Virus record (IMG/VR): IMGVR_UViG_3300017700_000348 | Span: 1-58,868 of that record | From: a virus | Lineage: Duplodnaviria; Caudoviricetes | DNA length: 58,868 bases | Reading direction: 5' to 3' (one strand) | Shown here: positions 16,893 through 26,442 of the stretch, in pieces | How the letters are laid out: the number at the start of each line of letters is the position of its first letter | How positions within the stretch are numbered: the stretch's first letter is position 1 | The notes under the pieces: generated by a model | What the model was told of the DNA's origin: nothing | Database searches by the model: none | Seen by the model: only the letters and a program-made list of their open reading frames with translations | Program-made: the position numbers and the translations under genes

Positions 16893-18869
16893 TTAAAAAA
16901 ATTCGATTTGCTTAGGCTTAGGACTATACCCAATATCCTCCAATATCTCTTTAGCATATCGAATATACCAATCATAGTTTATATCGTCAGGGAAGCTCTC
17001 TGGCAGCTCCATACAGGGCTTGGCTCCATCAGTATCAGCCACCTTATTTCCAGCCTGTACCGTTTGTATGCAGCCTAGTTCGCCTTTGGCATAGTACCAG
17101 CGAATGACCTTTCCTAGGTACTCTCTGTTTTTGTGGGCACCGGGAGACTTGGCTTGCCGCACTGCAATAAATCTGGTGAAGTCCCGGCATTCTTTAATAG
17201 TCTGCTCAATTGGTATTCCATGAGCTAGCAGCTTTTCTACAGCATCAGAACAAATTAAAACAAATGGGTTGGTATCCAGCTTAGTCCCTGACTGTGAGCC
17301 CACTTCTGAGTATGGGCCTTTCTTTTTAATTCTATCTTTTTCTTTTAATTTGCCAGTCTCTTTATCACGTATCATTTCATCAGTTTTAACAGCAAAATAA
17401 GCATTAACATCTCTAGCATAATAAGCTGAGTATTCAGTTTCCTCAGTATCAAATCTAGTCTGCCGTTCCCATGCTTTAATAATGGCATCAAGCTTTTCCT
17501 GATCAGCCCTGTCATGATAAATAACAATACCATCTGTGTTAGCCGATACTACTTCTAATCCAGCATTAACTATCATCTCTATCAGCATTAGAATGCTTAG
17601 CTGACAAGTCAGGTTCATTTGCATTGTTAAATGAGGAGAGCGCAGCTTAGACCATAGATCACTAAATTTGCCTGAAGTGCCATTAAGGAAAATCTTTAAT
17701 CCTTTATCCTTAGTGAAGTTCTTTTTTAATTTGGCTTCTACTCTTTGGTCTCTAAAGCCTCCGAATACAGTTAAAAAATTAGGCCCTGCTCCTACAGGAT
17801 ACAAACCTAAATTCAAAATGCAGGCAGGATAATAGCTTCTAACATCTCTATCAGTCAGCTTCTTTTTTTCATTAGCTTTATAAGCCACATTCTTTTCAGT
17901 AGAGTGCAATCCACCAATACCAAAGCTATAGGTTAGATTGGCTATCTTTAAATGTGCATCTATGCCTTCAGGAGTTTCGAGATAGCCATGAGGCCCAATC
18001 ATAAATTTGGCTTTCTTGCAAACCTCCAAAAAGTTTTGCAATACTGGCGTAGTAAAGTTTAAGAAGCTTGGAGCTTGATAGTAATAAGGCCCTGATTTGA
18101 TATCAGGACGTTCAATCTGTTTTCCGTTTAATCGGCTAATTTCCTTGGATAGGACAATTTCTGCCATCTGAGCATCTGACTTGCTCCTTAAGTCCTCCCT
18201 GTATTCATTACCTATGACTTCGCGCAACTCAATGCGCTCTTTCATAAAGTCAAAAAGCTCCTCAGTAATATCTAGCTGATTGCAGTTAAACTTTTTAATC
18301 TCTCCTATCTCAAATTCAGTTAGATCAGCATTGATATCAAATGGCTGATCCTGAATGCTCCTTGTGTGCAATCTAGCACCATAAAGCCTGAGGCTCCCTT
18401 TGAGTGGCGCAACTTCAATTAGGTCTATATGATTGGTTTTAAAAATTTGAAAGCCATAGTTACGCTTCAGCTCCCATTCACGCATTCCTCCGACAATCAA
18501 ATCATTGACTGCATCTTTTAAAAGGCTGGCATCTTGATAGTGATATGCCATCCACAATATCAACAAATCAAAATTGATGGAGTTAAAACCAACTGTTCTA
18601 TAATTGTGCATTAGCCAAGATAGAAATTGCGGATTAAAACTCCGGCCTTCTCCACACTCCAGCTCTACAAATTTTCCTGTAGTGTGGAGCTTGAATGTGA
18701 TCAGGAAATAATTTAGATAGCATTCCACATTGAGGAACAGCGTTCCTCCTACATTAGCCATTAGCTCAGCATCAGTTAAATATTGTCGTTGCCTGAATGG
18801 ACGCGGCTTGTAAGGCAGCAGCTCTACTTTCTTATCTAGAACTATTAAACCTTCATCGTTTAGAAGCAT
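16893..18869 (-). CDS. family B-like phage DNA polymerase with degenerate 3'-5' exonuclease motifs
   Basis: DVRSYYP (motif A), KIFLNGTSGK (motif B), SANTDG (motif C), GIGGLHS, DLRSKSDAQ. Confidence 0.9.
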   Translation of the reverse strand: MLLNDEGLIVLDKKVELLPYKPRPFRQRQYLTDAELMANVGGTLFLNVECYLNYFLITFKLHTTGKFVELECGEGRSFNPQFLSWLMHNYRTVGFNSINFDLLILWMAYHYQDASLLKDAVNDLIVGGMREWELKRNYGFQIFKTNHIDLIEVAPLKGSLRLYGARLHTRSIQDQPFDINADLTEFEIGEIKKFNCNQLDITEELFDFMKERIELREVIGNEYREDLRSKSDAQMAEIVLSKEISRLNGKQIERPDIKSGPYYYQAPSFLNFTTPVLQNFLEVCKKAKFMIGPHGYLETPEGIDAHLKIANLTYSFGIGGLHSTEKNVAYKANEKKKLTDRDVRSYYPACILNLGLYPVGAGPNFLTVFGGFRDQRVEAKLKKNFTKDKGLKIFLNGTSGKFSDLWSKLRSPHLTMQMNLTCQLSILMLIEMIVNAGLEVVSANTDGIVIYHDRADQEKLDAIIKAWERQTRFDTEETEYSAYYARDVNAYFAVKTDEMIRDKETGKLKEKDRIKKKGPYSEVGSQSGTKLDTNPFVLICSDAVEKLLAHGIPIEQTIKECRDFTRFIAVRQAKSPGAHKNREYLGKVIRWYYAKGELGCIQTVQAGNKVADTDGAKPCMELPESFPDDINYDWYIRYAKEILEDIGYSPKPKQIEFF

Positions 18870-19027
18870 TAGCCAACAATCCTAGTTTTAATTTTTCTAT
18901 CAAAGAAAATTAAACCATTATACATTGTCACCATTCTCCAGCCAATCTCATTGTACTCTTTTATTTTATCTCTTGTCTCCTCAAGAGAGGAAGGAACAGG
19001 AATGTCTATAGTTTCGTATTTAATCAT
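18869..19027 (-). CDS. hypothetical protein (52 aa)
   Basis: MIKYETIDIP... exactly fills the gap, with coupled start and stop. Confidence 0.5.
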   Translation of the reverse strand: MIKYETIDIPVPSSLEETRDKIKEYNEIGWRMVTMYNGLIFFDRKIKTRIVG

Positions 19028-19386
19028 TTGAATAACCATATCATAGTTAGAGCTAAGGTAAATTGATGAATGAGCTGATCAAGTCCGATAATGACAAAGA
19101 AATTATGCCAATCTTGTTTAGCGTACAGCTTAGAGGACCATCGACTAGTGCAATAATCTGTAGCAAAATGCAGAACGCCATTTAAAGCTACAAAAATGAA
19201 TAAATTAAAATCTTTTGGCATTCCAAATATAAATGGAGATGCTATGGCTAGCATTAGCGTATAAACACCAACATGTCTTGCTAATGCTTCATTATTTTTA
19301 CTCTTATTCTGAGCTTGCCAATGAGTTTGTAAAACAAAATCTGCAAACCAATGGATTACCAACAATACTAAAAATTGATAAATCAT
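19024..19386 (-). CDS. DUF3307-like membrane protein
   Basis: HWFADFVLQ...K, H...D and DQLIH motifs; several TM segments. Confidence 0.7.
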   Translation of the reverse strand: MIYQFLVLLVIHWFADFVLQTHWQAQNKSKNNEALARHVGVYTLMLAIASPFIFGMPKDFNLFIFVALNGVLHFATDYCTSRWSSKLYAKQDWHNFFVIIGLDQLIHQFTLALTMIWLFK

Positions 19387-20396
19387 ATTCTTTGCCTCCC
19401 TGAAATAACTCCCCTGCTTACATCTCCTTGAAAGACTAAGCAATAGGTACTGTCATGAACACCGTTAGCCATCCAATCAATTTTTTTGACGAAAGGTTTA
19501 ATGATTTTTAACTGCTTAATTGGATATACAAAGCCTGCTGGTATTCCTGCGCATTCATAACTAGCTCCTACTCCTTCATCAGCATGAGAGCGAAGCATAT
19601 TTAAACCAGAATAGACATTACCATCTTCTGAAAATGGCTCAATCGCGTCAAGTGCTTTAAAAAATCCAGCGTCTATCGTCCATAGATTTGCCTGTCTGTT
19701 TAAAATAGCAGATACATCCGGCCATTCATCATTATAAAGCTGCGTTCTTAGCCAGCAGCCATCTTCAAAATAGAATGTAGCTGAATTAGAGCTAAATCCA
19801 AATCCAGTTAAATTCTTTTTTTGCTTAGCCAGAGCTGCAACAAACTGTTTAGGTAGCGGCACATTAGGAGGAAGGTCCAAACCATGCCAATACTCCATCA
19901 ACATAACTCGATTTGTAGATATGACTGACGGCCCATTCATAAGCACTGATGCAGTTAAAATGTGTTGAGCGTTCTCACTAGCCAAAACTCCTACCGCTTC
20001 TACAGCCTCTTTAAAAGCGTTTGTAATGCCCACAATCTTAGGATCAGGTAACGCAGTCTGCATCAGGTCAGGGTCAAGACAAGGAACAACAGCTTTAAAC
20101 TTACCTGACTTAATCGAGAGCCTACCGTTATCTAATTGCGTAAGTGAGAAACTATCGTCACATTTTGACAAGGCTTCAGCCAACAGCATAGTGTGGGCAT
20201 AACAGGTAATGTCCTCAGAGATAGGACTACCAGCAGCGACAATGCCATTAAAAGCGATAGCCCAATTATTCCGCAATCCGATATGCGTTTCATATGGTGC
20301 CCCTAGCTTCTCACTCACTACACTACAAAATTCTATAGCCTGAAGAAGGCTGGATTTGGTTTCATTTGATTTAGAGCCGGGAGATTTACGGGACAT
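19383..20396 (-). CDS. DNA polymerase processivity clamp-like protein
   Basis: ~340 aa beta-clamp-like repeats (AFNG..A, STNR..L.EYW, WPDV..IL); adjacent to the polymerase. Confidence 0.65.
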   Translation of the reverse strand: MSRKSPGSKSNETKSSLLQAIEFCSVVSEKLGAPYETHIGLRNNWAIAFNGIVAAGSPISEDITCYAHTMLLAEALSKCDDSFSLTQLDNGRLSIKSGKFKAVVPCLDPDLMQTALPDPKIVGITNAFKEAVEAVGVLASENAQHILTASVLMNGPSVISTNRVMLMEYWHGLDLPPNVPLPKQFVAALAKQKKNLTGFGFSSNSATFYFEDGCWLRTQLYNDEWPDVSAILNRQANLWTIDAGFFKALDAIEPFSEDGNVYSGLNMLRSHADEGVGASYECAGIPAGFVYPIKQLKIIKPFVKKIDWMANGVHDSTYCLVFQGDVSRGVISGRQRI

Positions 20397-20687
20397 TTAG
20401 GCTCCTAGGACAAAGCATAAAGCATCTTCAGCATTCATCTTTTCAGGAATTAAAAAATTAAGTTTCATTTTATTTGAAAAATGCAAAGTTGCTATTTTGT
20501 AAAAGTGATAAGGAGTGTTCATGTAATCAGGAGTTCTATTTTCCCTAAAGGCTTTTAAATCTTCTTCAAAGCTAGGGATAGTGAACACTACTTTAGCCCG
20601 TACTCTAACTACATCATGCTCAGTATGATAGCTAGCAACTTCTACAATTTGACCATTAGCCAAACCGCCTATACATTTCATTTTCAT
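20397..20687 (-). CDS. hypothetical protein
   Basis: KCIGGLANG motif; GAGG RBS. Confidence 0.55.
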   Translation of the reverse strand: MKMKCIGGLANGQIVEVASYHTEHDVVRVRAKVVFTIPSFEEDLKAFRENRTPDYMNTPYHFYKIATLHFSNKMKLNFLIPEKMNAEDALCFVLGA

Positions 20688-20696
20688 TTTATTACC

Positions 20697-20954
20697 TCAG
20701 AAGGGGATATCGTTATCAAAGCTATCGCTTTCTTTAAACTTCTCACAACCAAATACAATAATCCTAGCTGGCGGTCGTACATTAAACATTTTACATCGCT
20801 CAGGTTCATTTTCAAAATGCTCGCATACAAGACAACTTTGAAACATCATATTTTTAGGAGTAACTTCTTTTAAAACACCAATGACAGAAGCCAGAAGCTT
20901 GCTTTGCAGCTCTATGTTTCCTATTGAGCGGAATTTTAATTTAACGTCGCTCAT
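20697..20954 (-). CDS. small Cys-containing protein
   Basis: SCLVCEHF...C....RPPA.II..GC; ends in DIPF. Confidence 0.6.
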   Translation of the reverse strand: MSDVKLKFRSIGNIELQSKLLASVIGVLKEVTPKNMMFQSCLVCEHFENEPERCKMFNVRPPARIIVFGCEKFKESDSFDNDIPF

Positions 20955-21136
20955 GAATTTAGCCCATGCTCTTTTCTATACGTCTGCCACCTTTTAGCTT
21001 CATCTTTTTCAAATAATTCAGGATGACAGCAAGAAAAATCAGGGCAGCATTCATTGTCAATATTATTATGATAAGGCTGACCCATTGCCCATTTTAAAGT
21101 TTGAGCTTTAACACGTTCTTTATATGCTTGGCTCAA
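20951..21136 (-). CDS. hypothetical protein
   Basis: ECCPDFSCC motif; coupled ORF. Confidence 0.55.
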   Translation of the reverse strand: MSQAYKERVKAQTLKWAMGQPYHNNIDNECCPDFSCCHPELFEKDEAKRWQTYRKEHGLNS

Positions 21137-22725
21137 AACTCAGCTCCCAAAATCTCCGGATGTTTCTTATTCGTATGCACTCGAATAAACCTAGGACAAC
21201 GCAGCTCACTAATTTTTAAAAGTGCTGCGTCAACTGTAGCAGGAGGCTCCTCTTTATGCCTCCTTCTCCACCAATCTCTAGCGATTTTACCAGCCATTCC
21301 TCCATGCTGCAAGCAAATATATTCGCTGTAAGGTGGCCTGCCTAGTACGAGATACGTTGCTTTAATGGTTGGTAAGCCTGATCTGCTGTCATGCTTTTGA
21401 TAAGTTGCAGTAGCTACATTCAATGTTTCTACTATTGGAGTTTCTTCAACAGCAGCAGCTCGAATTAATTCATCTGTTCCAGCCTTAGAAACAATTTTAA
21501 CTTGAAAACTAAACTCAGCTCCACACTGGATACAAAACCTGACCCTTGGATGATTATAGCAGCCGCAAGCTTCACAGATTTTAATAGGAAGCTCTCCAGC
21601 TCCAACGCCCTTTTTATTTGGTATTCTAGGGTCATTGATAGGACCTAGGCGCGGCGTATTACGCGCGAAGTCCAATACTAAACAATTTTCTTTAGCAGGT
21701 CTGGTGCCTCTCCCTAGCATCTGTACCCATAGCGGTACCGACAAGGTTGGTCTGAGCATTCCAATCAAATCTATCTCTGGATGATTAAAGCCAGTGGTGA
21801 GTTTGCCGTAGTTAACAATCGCTCTAAGCTCATTGCTTTTAAACGCTCTAATAGCAGCGTCATTGTATTCAGCAGGACGTTTAGAATGGACAGGGGCACA
21901 GTCAACACCAAATGCTCCCAACTGCTCAGCAATATGCTCAGCGTGTTCAATTCCGCTTGCGAAAATGAGCCATGATTTTCTATTGGCTCCAGCATGGCAA
22001 AGCTCCTTTAGCGCGTTAAATGTTATCTCTGCTTTGTCTACTGCTCCTTGTAACTGAGTGGCGACAAATTCACCTTTTTGAATGCCTACATCAGATACAT
22101 CAAGCTCAGTTTTAGTACGCAGTGGAATAAGAGGAGCCATGTAGCCAGCGGCTAGCAGCTCGTTAAAGCCTTCTAAATCTGTCTTGTCATAAACTACATC
22201 AGTGAACAAACCATTTTCTGTGATCATGCCCATACCCATACGGTACAGGGTAGCACTCATGCCGATAATTTTTAAATTCGGGTTGATTAGTTTTAAAAAA
22301 GCAAACAAGGTTTGATATTGACTGCTCTCCTCTGAAGAAACTAAATGAGCTTCATCCACAAACGCGATATCACGATGACCAAACCAGTCAGGATGTTTAA
22401 TCATTGACTGCACTCCACCAAAAATAATTGGCTGAGCCGTCTGTTTCAGTTTAAGGCCACTCGAATAGATACCAAGAGGAGCCTCAGGCCAGAGTTTTAA
22501 AAGCTCGTCTGCGTTCTGTTGTATCAGCTCCTTAACATGAGTGATCATGAGGAAACGCTGATTAGGCCATCTCCTCATAATACCCTGAATGAACGCAGCA
22601 GGAAGCACGCTCTTACCAGTACCAGTAGGAAGCCCTATTAAAGGATTACCATGAGGATTGGTTAGGAAGAAATTATAGAGCGCGTCTAAGGCTTCCTGCT
22701 GGTAGTAGCGAAGTTGGATGGTCAT
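21133..22725 (-). CDS. superfamily 2 (DEAH) helicase with C-terminal Zn ribbon
   Basis: LRYYQ, PTGTGKS, DEAH, SAT, QMLGRG.R and CEAC...CIQC. Confidence 0.92.
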   Translation of the reverse strand: MTIQLRYYQQEALDALYNFFLTNPHGNPLIGLPTGTGKSVLPAAFIQGIMRRWPNQRFLMITHVKELIQQNADELLKLWPEAPLGIYSSGLKLKQTAQPIIFGGVQSMIKHPDWFGHRDIAFVDEAHLVSSEESSQYQTLFAFLKLINPNLKIIGMSATLYRMGMGMITENGLFTDVVYDKTDLEGFNELLAAGYMAPLIPLRTKTELDVSDVGIQKGEFVATQLQGAVDKAEITFNALKELCHAGANRKSWLIFASGIEHAEHIAEQLGAFGVDCAPVHSKRPAEYNDAAIRAFKSNELRAIVNYGKLTTGFNHPEIDLIGMLRPTLSVPLWVQMLGRGTRPAKENCLVLDFARNTPRLGPINDPRIPNKKGVGAGELPIKICEACGCYNHPRVRFCIQCGAEFSFQVKIVSKAGTDELIRAAAVEETPIVETLNVATATYQKHDSRSGLPTIKATYLVLGRPPYSEYICLQHGGMAGKIARDWWRRRHKEEPPATVDAALLKISELRCPRFIRVHTNKKHPEILGAEF

Positions 22726-23309
22726 TTAAACCAAGTCTCTAGCGATTTGCCAACAGCTTCACTAATTTCTTCAGTAGTCGCTTTACGAGGAATCGCGTCT
22801 ACCCATTCTGTGCCATAAGGCCAAAATACTCTTGCTTGCTCAGTATCTCCGATACGCTCATTTAATGTGATTGACCCATCTAAAAATAAAGTCTCATGAA
22901 TTTCATTTGCCTGCTGAGAGTAAGTATCTCCCGGTTTATATGCCTCTCTATACTTTGCGTAAAGAATACAAGATTTTAAAGGTGACTTACTCAAACCACC
23001 ACCTTCTCCAGTTTTAATAGTAGTATAGCTATGAGTTGGCAAAATCTCATTTATTTCTAAATCATATCGCTGATTAGAAAATCTACCAGCAATAATTAAA
23101 CTTTTAAAATCCCAAGGATGATCATGGATAGTCGAAACATTTTGTACAGTAAATTTGCTATCCCATAAATTAAGTCGATACTTCTTAGGAAGCTCAGGAG
23201 GACCAAAATAGGTGCGCAAGAAGCCAAATCCTTGCACAGTCCATTCTCTATTTTTATCTCTAAGAATAGTGGATACGAGAGGTTTTATAAAAGTCAAATC
23301 GGTAGCCAT
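22722..23309 (-). CDS. cupin/dioxygenase-like protein
   Basis: IHDHPWDF.S.II.G motif and a downstream IH. Confidence 0.6.
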   Translation of the reverse strand: MATDLTFIKPLVSTILRDKNREWTVQGFGFLRTYFGPPELPKKYRLNLWDSKFTVQNVSTIHDHPWDFKSLIIAGRFSNQRYDLEINEILPTHSYTTIKTGEGGGLSKSPLKSCILYAKYREAYKPGDTYSQQANEIHETLFLDGSITLNERIGDTEQARVFWPYGTEWVDAIPRKATTEEISEAVGKSLETWFK

Positions 23310-23815
23310 TGGTCACATCCTTGCTGTTGATTTTCTTCACAGTATAAAGCGGCACGTCTTAATATAGCCGGACTGTCTTTAAAATGTCCAATCGCAGTAT
23401 TGCAGCTCCAACAAAGTATACCTCTAACCTTTTTAGAATTGTGGCAGTGATCTATGCAAGTTCTTTTGCCCATATCCAAACCTATTTCACATATGGCGCA
23501 TTTACCGTTTTGTTTTAAAATTAATGCTTCATATTGCTCTTGCGTTATTCCATATAGTCTAAGCCTAGCATCTTGTTTTCCTTTCCATTCATAATTTTTA
23601 GCATATTCTCTATCTTTAGCTTTGCCCTTTTCAGTAGCTCGGTAAGCTTCTTTTGAAATTTTTAAACAATCTAAGCATTGTCCATATTTAGCATAACGTA
23701 AAGTCTGATGGCCTTTAGGACAAGGCTTATCAGGCATATACTTGGCATGACCTAAAAATTTAGCTACTGCTCTAGGGCTACCTTTAGCTACAGCTTTTCC
23801 AAAACTATAAGCCAT
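23294..23815 (-). CDS. endonuclease VII-like homing endonuclease
   Basis: YGIT.EQY, CAIC, IDHCH...VRGILC.SCN..IG.F.D; N-terminal C.KGH...C..C. Confidence 0.85.
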   Translation of the reverse strand: MAYSFGKAVAKGSPRAVAKFLGHAKYMPDKPCPKGHQTLRYAKYGQCLDCLKISKEAYRATEKGKAKDREYAKNYEWKGKQDARLRLYGITQEQYEALILKQNGKCAICEIGLDMGKRTCIDHCHNSKKVRGILCWSCNTAIGHFKDSPAILRRAALYCEENQQQGCDQWLPI

Positions 23816-23816
23816 T

Positions 23817-24674
23817 TTAAATTGGAAACCACTTATCGCACGCAACAGGGATGAACTCAGGAGGTATCACGCCATGTAGTGAACAGGTCCAGCTCGCATC
23901 TTCAGTTGGTGAAGCATTGCGGCATGAACGGCAATTCTTCTCTGGCGTAGCCCCATCATGGCAAATCTTAGCTAGATGACAATATTTACAATCATATGAA
24001 GCGGGATTTTCAGAGATACGAGGAGGAGGCTCTTTAGAAAATATAATCTGCTCAGCTTTCTTTTCTAATTGCGCTCCATAATTCCAATCAAGTTCTATAA
24101 CTTTAAAAGTTATGTCGCTGTCATTTTTATTTTCAATCATATAGATACAGTAGCGAATACCTCTCTTGTATCCATACTGACATTCTTGTGCCCAATGAAG
24201 GGGCTTAGATTTTTGCAAAGTTTCTTTGCTTACTTTTTCGTATCCGGCTCCAGTGTTATTAGTTTTAAAGCTGAGAGACAATAAAATATTACCTACAATC
24301 TCATAACGAGCTGGAGGAATGCATTCACCATCTAGCGAGCCTCCATAGTGTCCCCAAGCTCCAGAGATGCGGAATTGCTTTCCATCTTCATCAAATTCTC
24401 TAACAGTAAATCCAATGCCGCGAAGATAGGTCACAAATCTAGGCTCAGCAGAATGACCTACATTAAATAGGCGCATCATGCGACCATCAAAGACTTCATT
24501 CTTAACCCAACGAAACTGATACCAGAGCTTGCGCCAGCAAGGATCACCTAAAGTTGAAGCTCCTAAATGGTTTCTGTGACCTTGCTCGTAATAGCTAGCG
24601 CAAAAAGCATCAATATCAGCATCTAGCAATTCTTCTAGCTTTTCACGGTCTGAGGCTTTGGAAAGGTCAAGCAT
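23817..24674 (-). CDS. Cas4/RecB-like PD-(D/E)xK exonuclease
   Basis: R.HLGAS..G..C.RKLWY.FRW, GSLDG, FKT and CKYC....C plus CRSC. Confidence 0.8.
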   Translation of the reverse strand: MLDLSKASDREKLEELLDADIDAFCASYYEQGHRNHLGASTLGDPCWRKLWYQFRWVKNEVFDGRMMRLFNVGHSAEPRFVTYLRGIGFTVREFDEDGKQFRISGAWGHYGGSLDGECIPPARYEIVGNILLSLSFKTNNTGAGYEKVSKETLQKSKPLHWAQECQYGYKRGIRYCIYMIENKNDSDITFKVIELDWNYGAQLEKKAEQIIFSKEPPPRISENPASYDCKYCHLAKICHDGATPEKNCRSCRNASPTEDASWTCSLHGVIPPEFIPVACDKWFPI

Positions 24675-24930
24675 TTTTCACCAACGTATCAATATAAGTA
24701 GTCCATACTCCACGGCTAGTCTGCTCTTTCCAAGATAGTCCTGTAGCACATAGAGCATTATACTGAGCCTCATTAGGCTCTCTTAAATATTTTAAAGCTG
24801 CTGCTAAGCTTTCCACCATTCTCAGTTTAAAACTTTCATCAGTTTCTTCCCAAGTAGGTTCACAACATTCTAAGCCTTCATTAAATTTTTCATAAGCTGC
24901 TTTTGCTGCTAGCTCTAAATGTGTAGGCAT
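24667..24930 (-). CDS. hypothetical protein (REP-motif family)
   Basis: LREPNEA motif shared with 39663-39899. Confidence 0.55.
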   Translation of the reverse strand: MPTHLELAAKAAYEKFNEGLECCEPTWEETDESFKLRMVESLAAALKYLREPNEAQYNALCATGLSWKEQTSRGVWTTYIDTLVKNA

Positions 24931-24943
24931 ACATTCTCCATTT

Positions 24944-24985
24944 AAAAACGGATTGCTAATAGGTGCGGCTCTACTAGCAATCCGT
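24944..24985 (-). terminator. terminator after the SSB gene
   Basis: ACGGATTGCTA / TAGCAATCCGT stem; T-run on the minus strand. Confidence 0.7.
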
Positions 24986-25017
24986 AAGTTTGTTTAACTG
25001 TTACTGCTGCTTCTTAT

Positions 25018-25710
25018 TCACCTTGGACCCCAAGGAGGAGCAGCCCCACCGGCCTGCTGCCCTCCCGGTTGCCAAGCTCCACCAGCAGGATTAGGCTGCT
25101 GTTGCTGGACATTAGGCTGCTGTTGGGTCTGAGGCTGCTGAGCGTTCGGCTGTCCCCAACCTCCCGGCTGCTGTGTCATTGGTGTAGGTCCTCCCTGAGG
25201 CTGCTGCTGGCCTTGCGGCTGTTGTGTAAAGCCTCCTCCAGCTTGACCCTGCTGAGCCTGATTAGGCTTGCTCGGATCATTACCAGCAAGGTCATAAACA
25301 CGCTTCAGTTCAGTATAGCCTTTACGGTCAGGGAATGCAGGATCAGGCTGTTCATCTTTTTGATAGCCAATATCCATTAAACCTTTAGCGCCGCGCAAGG
25401 CTGCACATTCATTCATGCCATCAATTTGAAAAACACCAACCGCGCGGCAAAGTGCGGAAAGCTGACCATATGCAATTTCTACAGTCTTAGGATTATCATT
25501 CCTAATATTGTAAATGTTTCGCACCACTCCAATGGGGCTAGTATACTCTATAGAAAGATAAGCTTTAACATTTTGTGGAGTGCTATCTTTAGTTTCTTTA
25601 ATTTCCGTATTAGTAATTGTGAACGGAATTTTCTGAGCAGGAGGATGGATGCCCATTCCGCCCTGATTAGGCTCATACTGATTAGCGTTAAAATTCCAAG
25701 GAGCTTGCAT
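25018..25710 (-). CDS. ssDNA-binding protein (DUF669-like)
   Basis: N.N.K.VEIA..QLS.LC.A.G motif; Q/G/P-rich tail ending PPW. Confidence 0.7.
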   Translation of the reverse strand: MQAPWNFNANQYEPNQGGMGIHPPAQKIPFTITNTEIKETKDSTPQNVKAYLSIEYTSPIGVVRNIYNIRNDNPKTVEIAYGQLSALCRAVGVFQIDGMNECAALRGAKGLMDIGYQKDEQPDPAFPDRKGYTELKRVYDLAGNDPSKPNQAQQGQAGGGFTQQPQGQQQPQGGPTPMTQQPGGWGQPNAQQPQTQQQPNVQQQQPNPAGGAWQPGGQQAGGAAPPWGPR

Positions 25711-25722
25711 TAGTTTTAATCC

Positions 25723-25938
25723 TTAAGTGCGAGGTGAACCATCAGGGTTGCGAGTGATGCAAATATTTGCCCACATGCAAACCTCACGGAATTTGCGGAG
25801 TAGATAAGTTTTGTCAGGCCCATCAGGAAGCAGGGCTTCCATAGCGTTAGCATAAACAAAAGCTCTCTGTCTAGCCTCCTCCATATCTTTTAACTGAGGC
25901 TCAGTAGGTTTTAAATATTCAAAAGTTGAGTTGTGCAT
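25723..25938 (-). CDS. Acb2/Tad1-like helical-hairpin protein (possible cyclic-nucleotide sponge)
   Basis: F.Y..PT..Q.......A.......P....K......E..MWAN..I pattern. Confidence 0.55.
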   Translation of the reverse strand: MHNSTFEYLKPTEPQLKDMEEARQRAFVYANAMEALLPDGPDKTYLLRKFREVCMWANICITRNPDGSPRT

Positions 25939-25940
25939 AT

Positions 25941-26195
25941 TTAAATCTTTCCGATAAGCTCGTTCAAACGTCCAATAGAATTGCTAATTCTATTTTCAAA
26001 ACGAGTGATGGTTTCCTCTAGCTGCTGACATAGTGAAAGCTTAACAGGACCAACTTGGTTCTCAGAAACTTTCCATCCTGCCTTAATAGCTTGATTACGG
26101 GACAGAACTACAATACCGGGATTAGGCTTTCTATACCTTCCTCGCTTAGTGCCCGGCTTAACGCCACGCTTTTTAGCTTTTGCTTTCTTAGCCAT
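25941..26195 (-). CDS. basic DNA-binding-like protein
   Basis: MAKKAKAKKRGVKPGTKRGRY N-terminus. Confidence 0.5.
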   Translation of the reverse strand: MAKKAKAKKRGVKPGTKRGRYRKPNPGIVVLSRNQAIKAGWKVSENQVGPVKLSLCQQLEETITRFENRISNSIGRLNELIGKI

Positions 26196-26431
26196 TATGA
26201 TTGTCCCCATGCTTTAGGAGCTTCAGGAGCAACAGGGACAGGAGGAGCCGCAGGCTCAGCCTTATCAGGCTCAGAGAAAGTCTTAAGACGCTTATTGAGG
26301 TAGTTGATACGCTCAACAATATCAGACTTATCTGTATTAACGATAGCACTATGAACGTCTAAGTTTCTACCGTGATAAGCCATTAGACATTGAATTTCAT
26401 CTTCAGTTAAGTTGCAAGATTTAGTCTGCAT
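26195..26431 (-). CDS. hypothetical protein
   Basis: AAGGA RBS; coupled to the downstream ORF. Confidence 0.55.
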   Translation of the reverse strand: MQTKSCNLTEDEIQCLMAYHGRNLDVHSAIVNTDKSDIVERINYLNKRLKTFSEPDKAEPAAPPVPVAPEAPKAWGQS

Positions 26432-26442
26432 TTGATTTCCTT

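Noticed and set aside
23817-24674. Cas4-like gene as evidence of a CRISPR system
   Set aside because: No repeat-spacer array or other cas genes were seen; solo Cas4-like nucleases are common in phage recombination modules.
25030-25270. CAG/CTG-rich repeats as a repeat array
   Set aside because: Explained by the Gln/Pro/Gly-rich tail of the SSB.
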